From NCBI GenBank assembly GCA_963796955.1, contig CAWCNJ010000011.1, positions 40,651 to 104,650 of the forward strand: a DNA stretch of 64,000 bases, in the 5' to 3' direction. Position 1 is the stretch's first letter; each line of letters starts with the position of its first letter. Of the stretch, positions 1 through 9,179 are shown piece after piece. This stretch comes from Endomicrobiales bacterium. GTDB lineage: Bacteria > Elusimicrobiota > Endomicrobiia > Endomicrobiales > JALOBY01. The notes below the pieces were generated by a model, which worked only from the letters and a program-made list of their open reading frames with translations, was not told where the DNA came from and made no database searches. Both the position numbers and the translations under genes were made by a program.

Positions 1-129
1 GACAGCGTACAGCCCCGGTTCCACTTTATATTTCATGCGCCCTATATCCAGCCGCATTTTCCAGGCGCCGATATAGTCTGCCGCCTTCCATTTAGTTGAA
101 ACAACAGGCACATCCTCTAATTTATTCAC
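1..129 (-). CDS. hgcA: N-terminal 43 codons of probable mercury-methylation corrinoid protein HgcA (runs off window edge)
   Basis: Not in the ORF track. Manual translation from GTG at 129 gives MNKLEDVPVVSTKWKAADYIGAWKMRLDIGRMKYKVEPGLYAV, matching the HgcA N-terminal pattern (VP.VST....D..G....R..I.RM.Y.V.PGLYA). A GGAGG RBS lies 5 nt upstream and the start overlaps the arsR stop. The diagnostic cap helix N(V/I)WCA(A/G)GK lies outside the window. Confidence 0.8.
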   Translation of the reverse strand, partial: MNKLEDVPVVSTKWKAADYIGAWKMRLDIGRMKYKVEPGLYAV

Positions 130-493
130 AGCAGCCTCCACTTGAAACGGCACATAATGACTTTTTCCTCTGTGCAAGCCGCATTTTCAGTCTTCTACGA
201 TCTTCAGCCAGCGCGGCATTTCCCATTGCGGCAAGAGAAGCCTCTACCACTTTGGCCATCGCGTTGTTTTCAGCCGTAAGGGTATAGAACACAAAACGCC
301 CAAGGCGCTGTTCCCGCACAAGTCCCGCGTGGCGCAGTTCCTTCATATTTCGCGAAACAGCGTATTGCGGGATTTTCAGCGCATCCACGATCTCGCAAAT
401 ACAAAGCGATGAACCCGCACGGCGCAACACAGCCAAAATACGCAGCCGCGTTTTATCCGACAAAGATTTAAGAACAGTTACAATACCGTCCAT
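122..493 (-). CDS. arsR: ArsR/SmtB family metalloregulator
   Basis: LSDKTRLRIL, LCICEI box, HTH VSRNMKEL..AGLV, C-terminal CC pair. Start moved to ATG 493 (GGAGG at 501-505). Confidence 0.93.
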   Translation of the reverse strand: MDGIVTVLKSLSDKTRLRILAVLRRAGSSLCICEIVDALKIPQYAVSRNMKELRHAGLVREQRLGRFVFYTLTAENNAMAKVVEASLAAMGNAALAEDRRRLKMRLAQRKKSLCAVSSGGCCE

Positions 494-509
494 CTTGAAG
501 CCTCCATGC

Positions 510-558
510 AAATATGTGCCTATGTGCATATGTTATCAAATACACATGCACATGTCAA
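510..558 (-). promoter_or_regulatory. sigma70 promoter with overlapping ArsR/SmtB-type operator
   Basis: TTGACA (558-553), 17-nt spacer, TAACAT (535-530). Dyad ATATG-N10-CATAT at 512-531 resembles SmtB/CzrA boxes. A second inverted repeat is ATGTGCAT (522-529) / ATGCACAT (546-553). Confidence 0.7.
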
Positions 559-605
559 TTTGCACCAGTGTGTTCACTCAATTTTTGTCGGCAAGAAAGG
601 TACTT

Positions 606-1025
606 TCAGAATGGAAAGTTTGCGGCTTTTAACACGCTCAATATTGTGGATCTAACTTTTGAGGCGATCTCGATCGCGTTCGTAGCTTCTGACAAATTAA
701 CATCTTCATCTTCACCGGGATAACGCGTTGACACCGCAAATGGCGTGAGTTCTTCCGCAGATTCCAGGGTTTCTGACCAACTTCCCAGAGGAGCGCAAAG
801 TTCCAAAAGAAAGCCAATATTATGGGTGTAAGGAAATTCAATACCTTTATAAACAAGATAGGCTTTTAAGTATTTTTCCGCACACTGTTGCGCGTGGTAG
901 GCAACAAGCCTGTGAGGACAATTTTCGAGCAACTTCAGTCCACATTCAGCAAGGCGCATATCTTCGTCGCCATAAACCAACCACTGTTTGACCTTCCTGA
1001 TTATATCCTTTTCAGTGCCGCTCAT
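606..1025 (-). CDS. HEPN domain protein (MNT-HEPN pair)
   Basis: YHAQQCAEKYLKA, THNI..L and TRYPG motifs. Likely start MSGTEK at 1025 overlaps the MNT gene end. Confidence 0.88.
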   Translation of the reverse strand: MSGTEKDIIRKVKQWLVYGDEDMRLAECGLKLLENCPHRLVAYHAQQCAEKYLKAYLVYKGIEFPYTHNIGFLLELCAPLGSWSETLESAEELTPFAVSTRYPGEDEDVNLSEATNAIEIASKVRSTILSVLKAANFPF

Positions 1026-1329
1026 ATAATATCTTCCCTTCTTTAAATGCCGGCTGGGCGATAGTGCCGGGTATATCTCGATCCCGCTCAAACTCCTCCG
1101 GCCTTAATACTATAATATCACGTGCAAAACCCAGACCTTTCAGCGCTCTGTCCATTGACACAGTTAAAGTCCTGCGCTTTCCGGTAAAATTACATATTAC
1201 CAGTAAATCGACATCACTACGTGAATCGGCAGTCCCCCTTGCCTGAGAGCCGAACAAAACGATCCTCTGAGGGTGAAAATTCGAAACAAGCCTTTCAGTT
1301 GCTTCTTTAAGCATCTCTTTGTTTACCAT
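1012..1329 (-). CDS. Minimal nucleotidyltransferase (MNT) antitoxin
   Basis: LFGSQARG...SDVDLLV Pol-beta-type motif, 105 aa, directly upstream of HEPN. Confidence 0.9.
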   Translation of the reverse strand: MVNKEMLKEATERLVSNFHPQRIVLFGSQARGTADSRSDVDLLVICNFTGKRRTLTVSMDRALKGLGFARDIIVLRPEEFERDRDIPGTIAQPAFKEGKILYERH

Positions 1330-1373
1330 AACGATTCCTTTCCCTTGCTTACTAACTCAATTATAGCAAATAA

Positions 1374-1979
1374 TTACCCTATGCGGGCGCCGTAGGAGTG
1401 GATTATGGTGATGGCCTGCGAGACGTCCAGGCGGACTTCGTTCAGGTCTATGCCGCGGAAATCTACACCGTCTACACGGGCGCCCCTCAGGTCGGCTTTG
1501 TGGAGGCGGGCTTTTGAGAGGATCGCGCGGGTAAGGTCAGCGCCGCTCAGGTCGGCTTTTTGCAGGTCGGCGCCGTAAAGGTCGGCTTCGCGCAGCAAAA
1601 CGTTACGCAGGTCAAAACCTTCAAGTTTTGCGTGGCGCAGGTTCACGTAAGACCAGTCGCCTTCAATAATGCTGATACCGCTCAGATCGGCATCCGTGAA
1701 CTGCGAACCCGTCATTTTACAGAGTTTGAATTTCGCGGAGAACAGGCTTGCTTTGGCGAATTTACAGTTGGTGAAGGCGCTATGGTCGTGCTCGGAAGCG
1801 TTGAGAAAGGCGTTTGAAAGGTTGCAGTCGGAGAATACGCAACCGCGTGTGCGGGTTTCTTTAAGGTTTACGCGGCGCATATCGCAAGAGATAAAGCGGC
1901 AGTTAACGATATTTGTGCCGGACAGGTCGTTGTCCGCGAGTGTTTGCCGATCAAAAACCTGCCCTTCCTGAAATTCCAT
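1374..1979 (-). CDS. Pentapeptide repeat protein
   Basis: Tandem A(D/N)LxG-type pentapeptides throughout. Confidence 0.92.
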   Translation of the reverse strand: MEFQEGQVFDRQTLADNDLSGTNIVNCRFISCDMRRVNLKETRTRGCVFSDCNLSNAFLNASEHDHSAFTNCKFAKASLFSAKFKLCKMTGSQFTDADLSGISIIEGDWSYVNLRHAKLEGFDLRNVLLREADLYGADLQKADLSGADLTRAILSKARLHKADLRGARVDGVDFRGIDLNEVRLDVSQAITIIHSYGARIG

Positions 1980-1982
1980 TCT

Positions 1983-4900
1983 TTAGATGTAAATTTCTAC
2001 CACATTGTCCGGGCGGTTCAACAGGGCGTCAAAAGCCTTGCCGCTTATCAGCGCGCCACCGGAACGGTAGGGGTTCGCGGCGTAACGAAGATCTTTTATC
2101 TCTTTGCCGTTAACAACGATACGGTTCGGTGAGTAGGTGTTCTTGGCAATGTGATATTTATACGTTACTTTTTTACCGTTCTCTTTTATAGCGAACGTCA
2201 GGCCGTCAAGCTTCTTCGGCAGCACCGGGTCTATAAGGATATCATTGAACATCCGCCGTATACCCAGGAAGTTCGTCATAAGCTGATTGATGTAAATGCC
2301 GGGGCCGCTGGAATACACACGCCACCCGCCCTTTATGCCCACCTTCAATTTTTTTATGTCGTCAAAATGCTTCACCGCCTGATAACGGTCGGCGAAATTA
2401 GCGTCAGAGCTGGAAAAATATGAGTTGTTCTGCCGCGGCATGGAGGTCTTGAAGACTTCTTTAAGCGCTATCGGGCATATGGTCAAAAGACCCTTATAGG
2501 CGTCCTCGGCCTGGCCGATCATGCACATTGCTTCAATGTAGCGGATATGGGCGTGCACATACTGCATGCCTATTTCCCTGCCAAAATTCGAAGCGCTTTC
2601 GGCGCGTTTAAAGTAAACTTCGACACCACCCTTGTAGGGTATCGGGCGGTTAACCAGGCGCACGCCGTCCGGGAATAAAAGTTGATCTTTTACGATCTTG
2701 TAATGTTCCTCGGCCTGCTGCGGCGTGAACATGGAGCTCGTCATGCCTCTGGTCATGGGCAGCAGGCGGTACTTAACGCCTGTTTTGCTGTCCCTGGGGT
2801 GCAGCATATACTGCGGCGTGGAACCTTTAAAGAAAACAAGACCTGCCACAACTTTATCTTTAATAAGTAATTTGTTGAAATCAGCTTTCATGTTCTCACA
2901 GAAAGTTTTTATGCCGTCGGCGGCCTTGGCATCGCCGTTAAGCCGGGTAACTTTCTCAAAACGCGTCAGCGTCTGGAAGGCCAGTTCCACCGTCCAGGAA
3001 CTTACCATATGCTCGCGCATTTCGGGGTCTGCCGGCTGCAGGGTGTCTTCCCAATCGCCGTGCCCGTAATGGTACAGGGATGTTCCCTGCACGCAGCCGG
3101 CTTTTATGGCGGCTATCTCTCTGGCCACATGCTGTGCTATGGTCTCTTTCTTTTCCAGCGGGGCGCAGGTGGTATCGTCAATATAACCGACCTCTTCCTT
3201 AAGGATAGAAAAATCGTTGGTAGACTCTATGTATTCGCACAGGGCTTTCAACGGCCATACAATAATGTCGCCGTGGCTGTCGGTGGAGCGGATCTTGCCG
3301 TAACGGTCGAACATGAACCACTGCGGCCAGTCTCCGGACTTCAGGAACTGGTTGGCGAAGACCATTTTTACGGTCTCGCGCTGCTGCTTGTAATTGCGCG
3401 TAGCGCACAAAAATTCAGTGGGTCCCTGGCAAACGTCACGCAGGCCCCATGCGGCGCCGCTGTATTGCTCCAGCCCGTGGGGGCTGGTAAAATGTATCAT
3501 GGCGTTGTGAATGTACCAGGGCAGGATATCGTTGAGCTTAGAGATGCCTTCTTCTTTATGTTTAAGCTCGGCGCCGTTGCTTAACGACGTCCAGAAAGCG
3601 GCGGCCTCTTTTTTCGCGTCATCGTATTTTTCTATCGAGCGGTTGAATTTATCGGCCAGGGCCGCGGCAGCCGAACCCTTAAGCACATTACCGGTTATCG
3701 CAAGAGAGAATTTAGCGACGGGGTTCGTGCGTATAACGGCAAACGGCCCTTTGCGGAACTTGCTGTCGGAATACAACAGTTCATCCCCGCCGATCTCGGC
3801 GATGTCCTTTTTATCTTTCGTGACAATGAAGAAGCGGGCTTCGGGATAATACTCGTTCAGCAGGCCGCCGTTCGTGGGCACCAGCTCTATTCTGCCCTGT
3901 TCAGCGTCGGCTACCACGCGGCCGGCATGGTCCAGGTCGTTATTGCCCAGCACCAGGCTGTTCGTGATCAAAAATTCGTGCGCCCCGGAGGCTTCTATCT
4001 CTAAGAAGCAGGCGGGATCGTTTATTGAAGCCCAGGCTTTCACGACGATATTCTCGCCGTTCTCGCCCTGATATATCCAGCGCGCGTTGTTTACGCCCAT
4101 TTCAAAAAGCGAAGGTACGCCGAGCAATTCCCAGCCGCGGGCCGTTTTTATAAAAATACGCTGACCGCTGGAACGGTGCAGGTTCAGATTACTGCGCGAA
4201 AAGGAAAGCGCCTTATTGAAATTGGTATTGCCGATAACGACATGGGAATTGAAAGCGCCGTACATCCAGGCGGTGGTGGCAAGCGTATCGTCGCTGGGCA
4301 TAATACTTTTGCCGGAACGCATAATGTGGCCGTGCGGCCGTTCCGATACCAGCTCTTTGGCGCGCAGCACCACATGCGTATCGCGGCCGCAGAAGAACGA
4401 AAGGCCTTTTTCCTCGTGACGGCGCTCGGAACCCACATATTTTGTGACTTCCGCAGGGGTAAGATCCCTGCTGTTGAAAAGGCGTGATGTGTCAAAAAGA
4501 GAGGCCGAGCCGAAGGCCGCGGGCGGCATTATCGACAGCCGGTCGCTTAAGTTCGCCCAGGCATCATGGGTCCTGGTAAGGTTTTCCAGATCTTTCGGGC
4601 CGTTAGCCGCGGCGTGGTCGTCGCTATAGGAAGCGAAAAACACCTGGCGCAGCGATTTACCGGGCGCTAAACTTACTTTTGGTGCTTGCAGGGTGGGCAT
4701 GGCGAATTCATACTGCATGCGCTCATTTGGCAGGTCCGGACGGGTAAGGGCTGCCGGTATACCGGTGGCTTTATGTTCTAAACCGTAGAACTGAAAGCCG
4801 TCGGTCAAATAACCGACCGCCTTTTCAAGACAGCCGTGCATTATCCAGGGAAATCCCCTATCCTGCTTCTGGCCCTGGCGGCTGTAGATAATATAGCCGT

Positions 4901-5399
4901 GTTTCGGGTGCTTAAGGGGTTCGTGGTCAATATATTGGCTGGCATACGCTTCATTGCTGCGGACCATGCCGAAAGAGCCCAGGCCCAGGTCCTGCGAAAA
5001 TATAATATCCACACTCTCCGGCGTAGTGCCGATGTTCTTTACATCGACGCACCAGAACCATTTGTCTTCGGTCTCGGAAAGGGTAAGCGCGCAGCTATAT
5101 GAAAGGTTCTTATTTTTCCCCTTCCATAGGGCGAGTTTTTTATTGCAGCAGAAAGTTGAATGGGAGCGGGGGCCCATGACCGGGAAAGAACAGATAGTTT
5201 TACCGTGCACGCGCACGTAGATATTGCTTAAGGCGCTCTCAACGGGGCTGGCCATCAGCTGGTTGATAAGCACGTTGCCTTTAACTATTGAAAAAACCGA
5301 ACCGTTCTCCAGAAAGCTGATCTTGAGGTCATTCTTGTTAGACAATACCGCGGCTGCGATACTGTTTTTATCCACAAAATCAAATGACGCGGTGCCCAT
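1983..5399 (-). CDS. GH94 glycoside phosphorylase, 1,2-beta-oligoglucan phosphorylase-like
   Basis: About 1140 aa with motifs PHGLEQYSGAAWGLRDVCQGP, YGHGDWEDTLQP, GREIGMQYVHAHIRY and GGWRVYSSGPG. Start ATG 5399 follows AGGAGG. Confidence 0.8.
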   Translation of the reverse strand: MGTASFDFVDKNSIAAAVLSNKNDLKISFLENGSVFSIVKGNVLINQLMASPVESALSNIYVRVHGKTICSFPVMGPRSHSTFCCNKKLALWKGKNKNLSYSCALTLSETEDKWFWCVDVKNIGTTPESVDIIFSQDLGLGSFGMVRSNEAYASQYIDHEPLKHPKHGYIIYSRQGQKQDRGFPWIMHGCLEKAVGYLTDGFQFYGLEHKATGIPAALTRPDLPNERMQYEFAMPTLQAPKVSLAPGKSLRQVFFASYSDDHAAANGPKDLENLTRTHDAWANLSDRLSIMPPAAFGSASLFDTSRLFNSRDLTPAEVTKYVGSERRHEEKGLSFFCGRDTHVVLRAKELVSERPHGHIMRSGKSIMPSDDTLATTAWMYGAFNSHVVIGNTNFNKALSFSRSNLNLHRSSGQRIFIKTARGWELLGVPSLFEMGVNNARWIYQGENGENIVVKAWASINDPACFLEIEASGAHEFLITNSLVLGNNDLDHAGRVVADAEQGRIELVPTNGGLLNEYYPEARFFIVTKDKKDIAEIGGDELLYSDSKFRKGPFAVIRTNPVAKFSLAITGNVLKGSAAAALADKFNRSIEKYDDAKKEAAAFWTSLSNGAELKHKEEGISKLNDILPWYIHNAMIHFTSPHGLEQYSGAAWGLRDVCQGPTEFLCATRNYKQQRETVKMVFANQFLKSGDWPQWFMFDRYGKIRSTDSHGDIIVWPLKALCEYIESTNDFSILKEEVGYIDDTTCAPLEKKETIAQHVAREIAAIKAGCVQGTSLYHYGHGDWEDTLQPADPEMREHMVSSWTVELAFQTLTRFEKVTRLNGDAKAADGIKTFCENMKADFNKLLIKDKVVAGLVFFKGSTPQYMLHPRDSKTGVKYRLLPMTRGMTSSMFTPQQAEEHYKIVKDQLLFPDGVRLVNRPIPYKGGVEVYFKRAESASNFGREIGMQYVHAHIRYIEAMCMIGQAEDAYKGLLTICPIALKEVFKTSMPRQNNSYFSSSDANFADRYQAVKHFDDIKKLKVGIKGGWRVYSSGPGIYINQLMTNFLGIRRMFNDILIDPVLPKKLDGLTFAIKENGKKVTYKYHIAKNTYSPNRIVVNGKEIKDLRYAANPYRSGGALISGKAFDALLNRPDNVVEIYI

Positions 5400-5452
5400 A
5401 GGAAAACTGCCTCCTGAACTCAAAAATTCGGATTATCGGATTTATCCCGCTT

Positions 5453-5481
5453 ATTGTACTATGTATTGCCTTTGTAGTCAA
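5453..5481 (-). promoter_or_regulatory. sigma70 promoter for GH94 gene
   Basis: TTGACT (5481-5476), 17 nt, TACAAT (5458-5453). Confidence 0.65.
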
Positions 5482-5482
5482 A

Positions 5483-6466
5483 TCAGGAGGGGTTGGGGTT
5501 GGTGAAATGTTTAAGAAGGCACATGGCGCGTGCTACGCCATATACAAGATAGAGTACGCTCAGGCCGAAGGCGTATTGGTAGCCGGAGCCGTTCAGGCTG
5601 CGCAGGGCAACGGCTGCCGGCAGGCAGGCCATGGCGAGTAAAGAAACCCACAGAGGTACATATAAGCCGTAAAGCACGGCAATTATCAGGCCGGCGGCGA
5701 GAGCCGCGAAAGCGCCAACGAAAAAAAACGCGAAAAGCACGACCTTCAGGTTTTTAAGCGCCCGACCGGACTTAAGGAACAGCCTGAAAACATCGCGCCC
5801 GTGCCAGAGCTCTTTTTTAAAAAATGATATCAGCGTCTGCGGCGTTCCCAGATGGACAACCTCTATCCCGGGATCGGAAAATATGGTGTAGCCGAGCGCC
5901 CGGATCCTGAAACAGAGGTCGCTATCTTCATCCGAGGTTATATTTTCGTCGAAGCCGCCGACTTCGTTGAAGGCCGCGTGCGTAACGAACATATTGCCCG
6001 AGGGCAGCCAGGCAACCTCGCCCAATACCGGTTTGTTGGTCACGGAATTGTTCCAGGCGCGACCCACCCAGGTGGAATCTTCCGGAATGCGGTAGGCGCA
6101 CCCGGTAACCACACGCCGTAAACCGTCGAAAGCGGCCACACCGCGGTTCAGCCACTGCGCGGCGACGATGCAATCTGAGTCAAGAAAAGCCAGTATCCTG
6201 CCGGCCGCCAGACGCGCGGCCGCGTTCCGTACGGCGCATATCCCCTCGCCGGGCAAAGAAAATATCTTCAGGGTGAATGCTTCCGCAAAATTCGCGGCAA
6301 GCTGAAGGGTGTTGTCCGTTGAGCCGTTATCCATCAAAATAACTTCGAAATCTTCCCGCGCACATTCAAGCCGCGCCAGGGCGGCAAAGCATTTTTCTAT
6401 ATATTTTTCGCCGTTCAATACGGGAATTATGATGGAGACTTCAGGTGTTTTGGCCGGCATATTCAC
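5483..6466 (-). CDS. GT2 glycosyltransferase with C-terminal TM helices
   Basis: SIIIPVLN, DNGSTD, FLDSD, GGFDE..EDSDL. Confidence 0.9.
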   Translation of the reverse strand: MNMPAKTPEVSIIIPVLNGEKYIEKCFAALARLECAREDFEVILMDNGSTDNTLQLAANFAEAFTLKIFSLPGEGICAVRNAAARLAAGRILAFLDSDCIVAAQWLNRGVAAFDGLRRVVTGCAYRIPEDSTWVGRAWNNSVTNKPVLGEVAWLPSGNMFVTHAAFNEVGGFDENITSDEDSDLCFRIRALGYTIFSDPGIEVVHLGTPQTLISFFKKELWHGRDVFRLFLKSGRALKNLKVVLFAFFFVGAFAALAAGLIIAVLYGLYVPLWVSLLAMACLPAAVALRSLNGSGYQYAFGLSVLYLVYGVARAMCLLKHFTNPNPS

Positions 6467-7272
6467 CGTATACCGAAAATGACGCGGTAAATGCTCATGT
6501 AAAGATTTTCGCCCATCAGCGAACGCACAAAGCTGCGCACCATCTGCTTGAACTCCAGCAGCAGAACAAAAAAACCTTCATTCAAAACGATCTGTCTGAA
6601 TTCCCGGATAGTATAATGGCTGGAGACCAATATCCGCTGCATAAGGAAACCGTCGGTCGCCGCGGTATTATAGCCGATATGCGAACTGCAGCCCCCGGTA
6701 TAGCCCGCCTCTATAGCCAATTTCTTATAATTTTCTCCGTAGCTTCCATTCGGCAGAGAGACAAAACGGACCTGCGTGGAAAGGTGTTGTTCTATAGCCA
6801 GTTTGGAATCTTGTAATTCGCAGGCAACCTGCTCGTCGGAAAGTTGTTTCAGGAAGGGGTGGGTCTTGGTGTGCGACTGAATGGACATGCCTTCGCGCGC
6901 CATCTGCGCGAGCATCTGCCAGGTCATCATGCCCGGCTGGCCTATCCAGTTAGTGGTTACAAAGAATACCGCGTGAAACCCGTATTGCTTCAACAGAGGG
7001 AAAGCGTGGGTAAAGTTGCCTTCATAACCGTCGTCGAAAGAGATGATAATGCTCTTTTCGTTGACCCGCCACCGGTCGTGCTCTTTAATGCGCCGTGCCA
7101 GGTTGTCCAGCGCTATTGTTTTAAAACCCCGGTCGCTTAAAAATTTCAGCTGAGCCTCAAAAGCGTCGCTTTTTACGTAATACGTCTCCGCCATAGGGCG
7201 AACTCTGCCTTTAAGGGCCGCCTCTTCTTTTGCATCTATGACCTCATGGTACATCAAGATCGGAATATTCAT
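6463..7272 (-). CDS. Polysaccharide deacetylase (CE4)
   Basis: ILMYHEV, SFDDGY, SHTKTHP, LPNG. Confidence 0.9.
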   Translation of the reverse strand: MNIPILMYHEVIDAKEEAALKGRVRPMAETYYVKSDAFEAQLKFLSDRGFKTIALDNLARRIKEHDRWRVNEKSIIISFDDGYEGNFTHAFPLLKQYGFHAVFFVTTNWIGQPGMMTWQMLAQMAREGMSIQSHTKTHPFLKQLSDEQVACELQDSKLAIEQHLSTQVRFVSLPNGSYGENYKKLAIEAGYTGGCSSHIGYNTAATDGFLMQRILVSSHYTIREFRQIVLNEGFFVLLLEFKQMVRSFVRSLMGENLYMSIYRVIFGIR

Positions 7273-7370
7273 TACGCCCTCCGCTTGCTCTTTCCTTCGA
7301 GCAATTGTAACTTAATGGAGGGCCGGCCCCAATCGCCGGTTTCAATATTTAACTAACGTTTTCCCACAAA

Positions 7371-7991
7371 CTAAAAAGCCAATCTGCCTCTGGCGAGGTA
7401 TACCAGAAATTTTACATATTCGCTCGCGGTTAGCATCAAGCCGTCGCCGCTGTACCACCAGGAGTCAATGGTGTACCAGCTGTTCTGAACCGGATAAAGG
7501 ACTATACGGATGCCGGAATCTTTAAAAACTTTCGCGAAAACGTGGTGGGCACGCATGGTGTGATACGGTTCGCTTACCACGATCAGGGAATGACAGCCGT
7601 GCGCCAGGCAATACGTTTTCGCGAGGGTCGCATCATCAAAGGTACTGCGCGAACCGAATAGAGGCACCACGTTGTTTTCAGGAACACCGTCGCCAACCGC
7701 TATTTTCTTGGCTTCAACAGCCCAGTGGGTAACCGGTTTGCGCCAACCGTGCTCCATAAGCATACCTGTAAACAGGATGGTGCCTGCATAATTTCCCTTG
7801 TACAAGGCAATCGCCTGATCCACTCGTTCCCGTGTACCGCCGCCCAACGCCAGAATGGCGTCGGCAGGTGCGAGCTTATCTTGATGAATGAGCAACGATG
7901 CCGTGGAGTTAAGCCAGAAGGTATGGAACAGCGCAAACTGCAGAATTATTGCGGCTATTACAATATTCGCTATCAGACCGGATCTTTTCAT
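7371..7991 (-). CDS. YdcF/DUF218 family protein
   Basis: N-terminal TM, ADAILALGGG, ST.DDA, VVSEPYHTMRA, EYVK. Confidence 0.85.
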   Translation of the reverse strand: MKRSGLIANIVIAAIILQFALFHTFWLNSTASLLIHQDKLAPADAILALGGGTRERVDQAIALYKGNYAGTILFTGMLMEHGWRKPVTHWAVEAKKIAVGDGVPENNVVPLFGSRSTFDDATLAKTYCLAHGCHSLIVVSEPYHTMRAHHVFAKVFKDSGIRIVLYPVQNSWYTIDSWWYSGDGLMLTASEYVKFLVYLARGRLAF

Positions 7992-8003
7992 AGTGCCGCA
8001 GGT

Positions 8004-9158
8004 TTACCTTTCTACCCGGGCCCAGGTTACTTTCTGGGTGCCACGCAGGTACCTGAAGAAGCCGGCCAGCAGGCAGTAATTCATGGAGACAAAATAATAG
8101 ACAGCGGCCGGCAGTTTTACTTTACTGCCATTTTTGACCGAAACGTAGCCGGCGAAGGAAACCATATAAAAAGCGCACTGCGATAGAAATATCAGACGAT
8201 ACGGGCTTTCAGAAATAAGCAGCGTGTTGGAAAGCGCGAGTGTTACCATCAGAAATGGGGCCGCCCAGCGCAGCACCTTATGCGACCAGTACGCGAAGGA
8301 AGAAAAACCTCTGAAGATGTTCAGCATAGGCAGCGTCATGAACAGGGCCTGATACGAGCCTGCGGAGATCCGCACCCGGCGCACCTGCTCATCCGCCATG
8401 CTCAGAGACGTGCACTCCGAGGCCACGGCATTCGTTTCGAATATTACTTTGTAGCCCCGCTGCAATATACGCATGGGGACAATGAAATCTTCAACGATCG
8501 TATTTGAAGGGACTGGCGTGAACAAAGATTTCCTGAAAGCATAGATACCGCCGTTAGCACCCAGCAGCGAACCCATCCGCCCTTCCATAAGTTTCAAATA
8601 ACTCTCGTAACGCCAGTACACGCTTTCCAGCTCCGCGCCTTTCACCGAATCCGGCGTTAAAAGCACCAGACGTCCGCAGACACAGCCGACTTTGTCGTCA
8701 GAAAAGCCTTTCACAAGATTTATCAATGCGTCCGGCTCGTACATGGTGTTCGCATCCGAAAGCACTATTATTTCGCCAGTTGCCTGCGGTATCACGCGGT
8801 TAAGCACGTTCACCTTGCCCGCCCTGTCGGAATAACTTATCAATTTAATACCGGTGCCTGTGTGCGCGCGTATGATCTCTTCAGTCCGGTCGCTGGAGCC
8901 GTCGGAAGCGATAATTATCTCCAGTTTGCTCCGATCGTATTGCATAGCCCTAAGGTTGGCTATCTTTTCTTCGATTACTTTTTCTTCGTTATAAGCGCTG
9001 ACAACGAAGGATACCGCAGGAAGCTCCTTAACCGACAGCTCTGCCTGACGCCGCCACCCTGCTATAAGCAACAATATAACGGGGTAAAGCAGATACGTAT
9101 AGACGAGCAACAACATGGATGACCAGAATATTATTTTAAGTATTTCCACAGACATCAT
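8004..9158 (-). CDS. Membrane GT2 glycosyltransferase (CESA/IcaA-like)
   Basis: SAYNEE, DGSSD, SDAN, GANGGIYA, EDF, SHKVLRW. Confidence 0.9.
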   Translation of the reverse strand: MMSVEILKIIFWSSMLLLVYTYLLYPVILLLIAGWRRQAELSVKELPAVSFVVSAYNEEKVIEEKIANLRAMQYDRSKLEIIIASDGSSDRTEEIIRAHTGTGIKLISYSDRAGKVNVLNRVIPQATGEIIVLSDANTMYEPDALINLVKGFSDDKVGCVCGRLVLLTPDSVKGAELESVYWRYESYLKLMEGRMGSLLGANGGIYAFRKSLFTPVPSNTIVEDFIVPMRILQRGYKVIFETNAVASECTSLSMADEQVRRVRISAGSYQALFMTLPMLNIFRGFSSFAYWSHKVLRWAAPFLMVTLALSNTLLISESPYRLIFLSQCAFYMVSFAGYVSVKNGSKVKLPAAVYYFVSMNYCLLAGFFRYLRGTQKVTWARVER

Positions 9159-9179
9159 CTCCCGATCGCAAATCGCTGC

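Noticed and set aside
606..1329. HEPN-MNT as a novel defence system
   Set aside because: It is a common two-gene type with no accessory genes.
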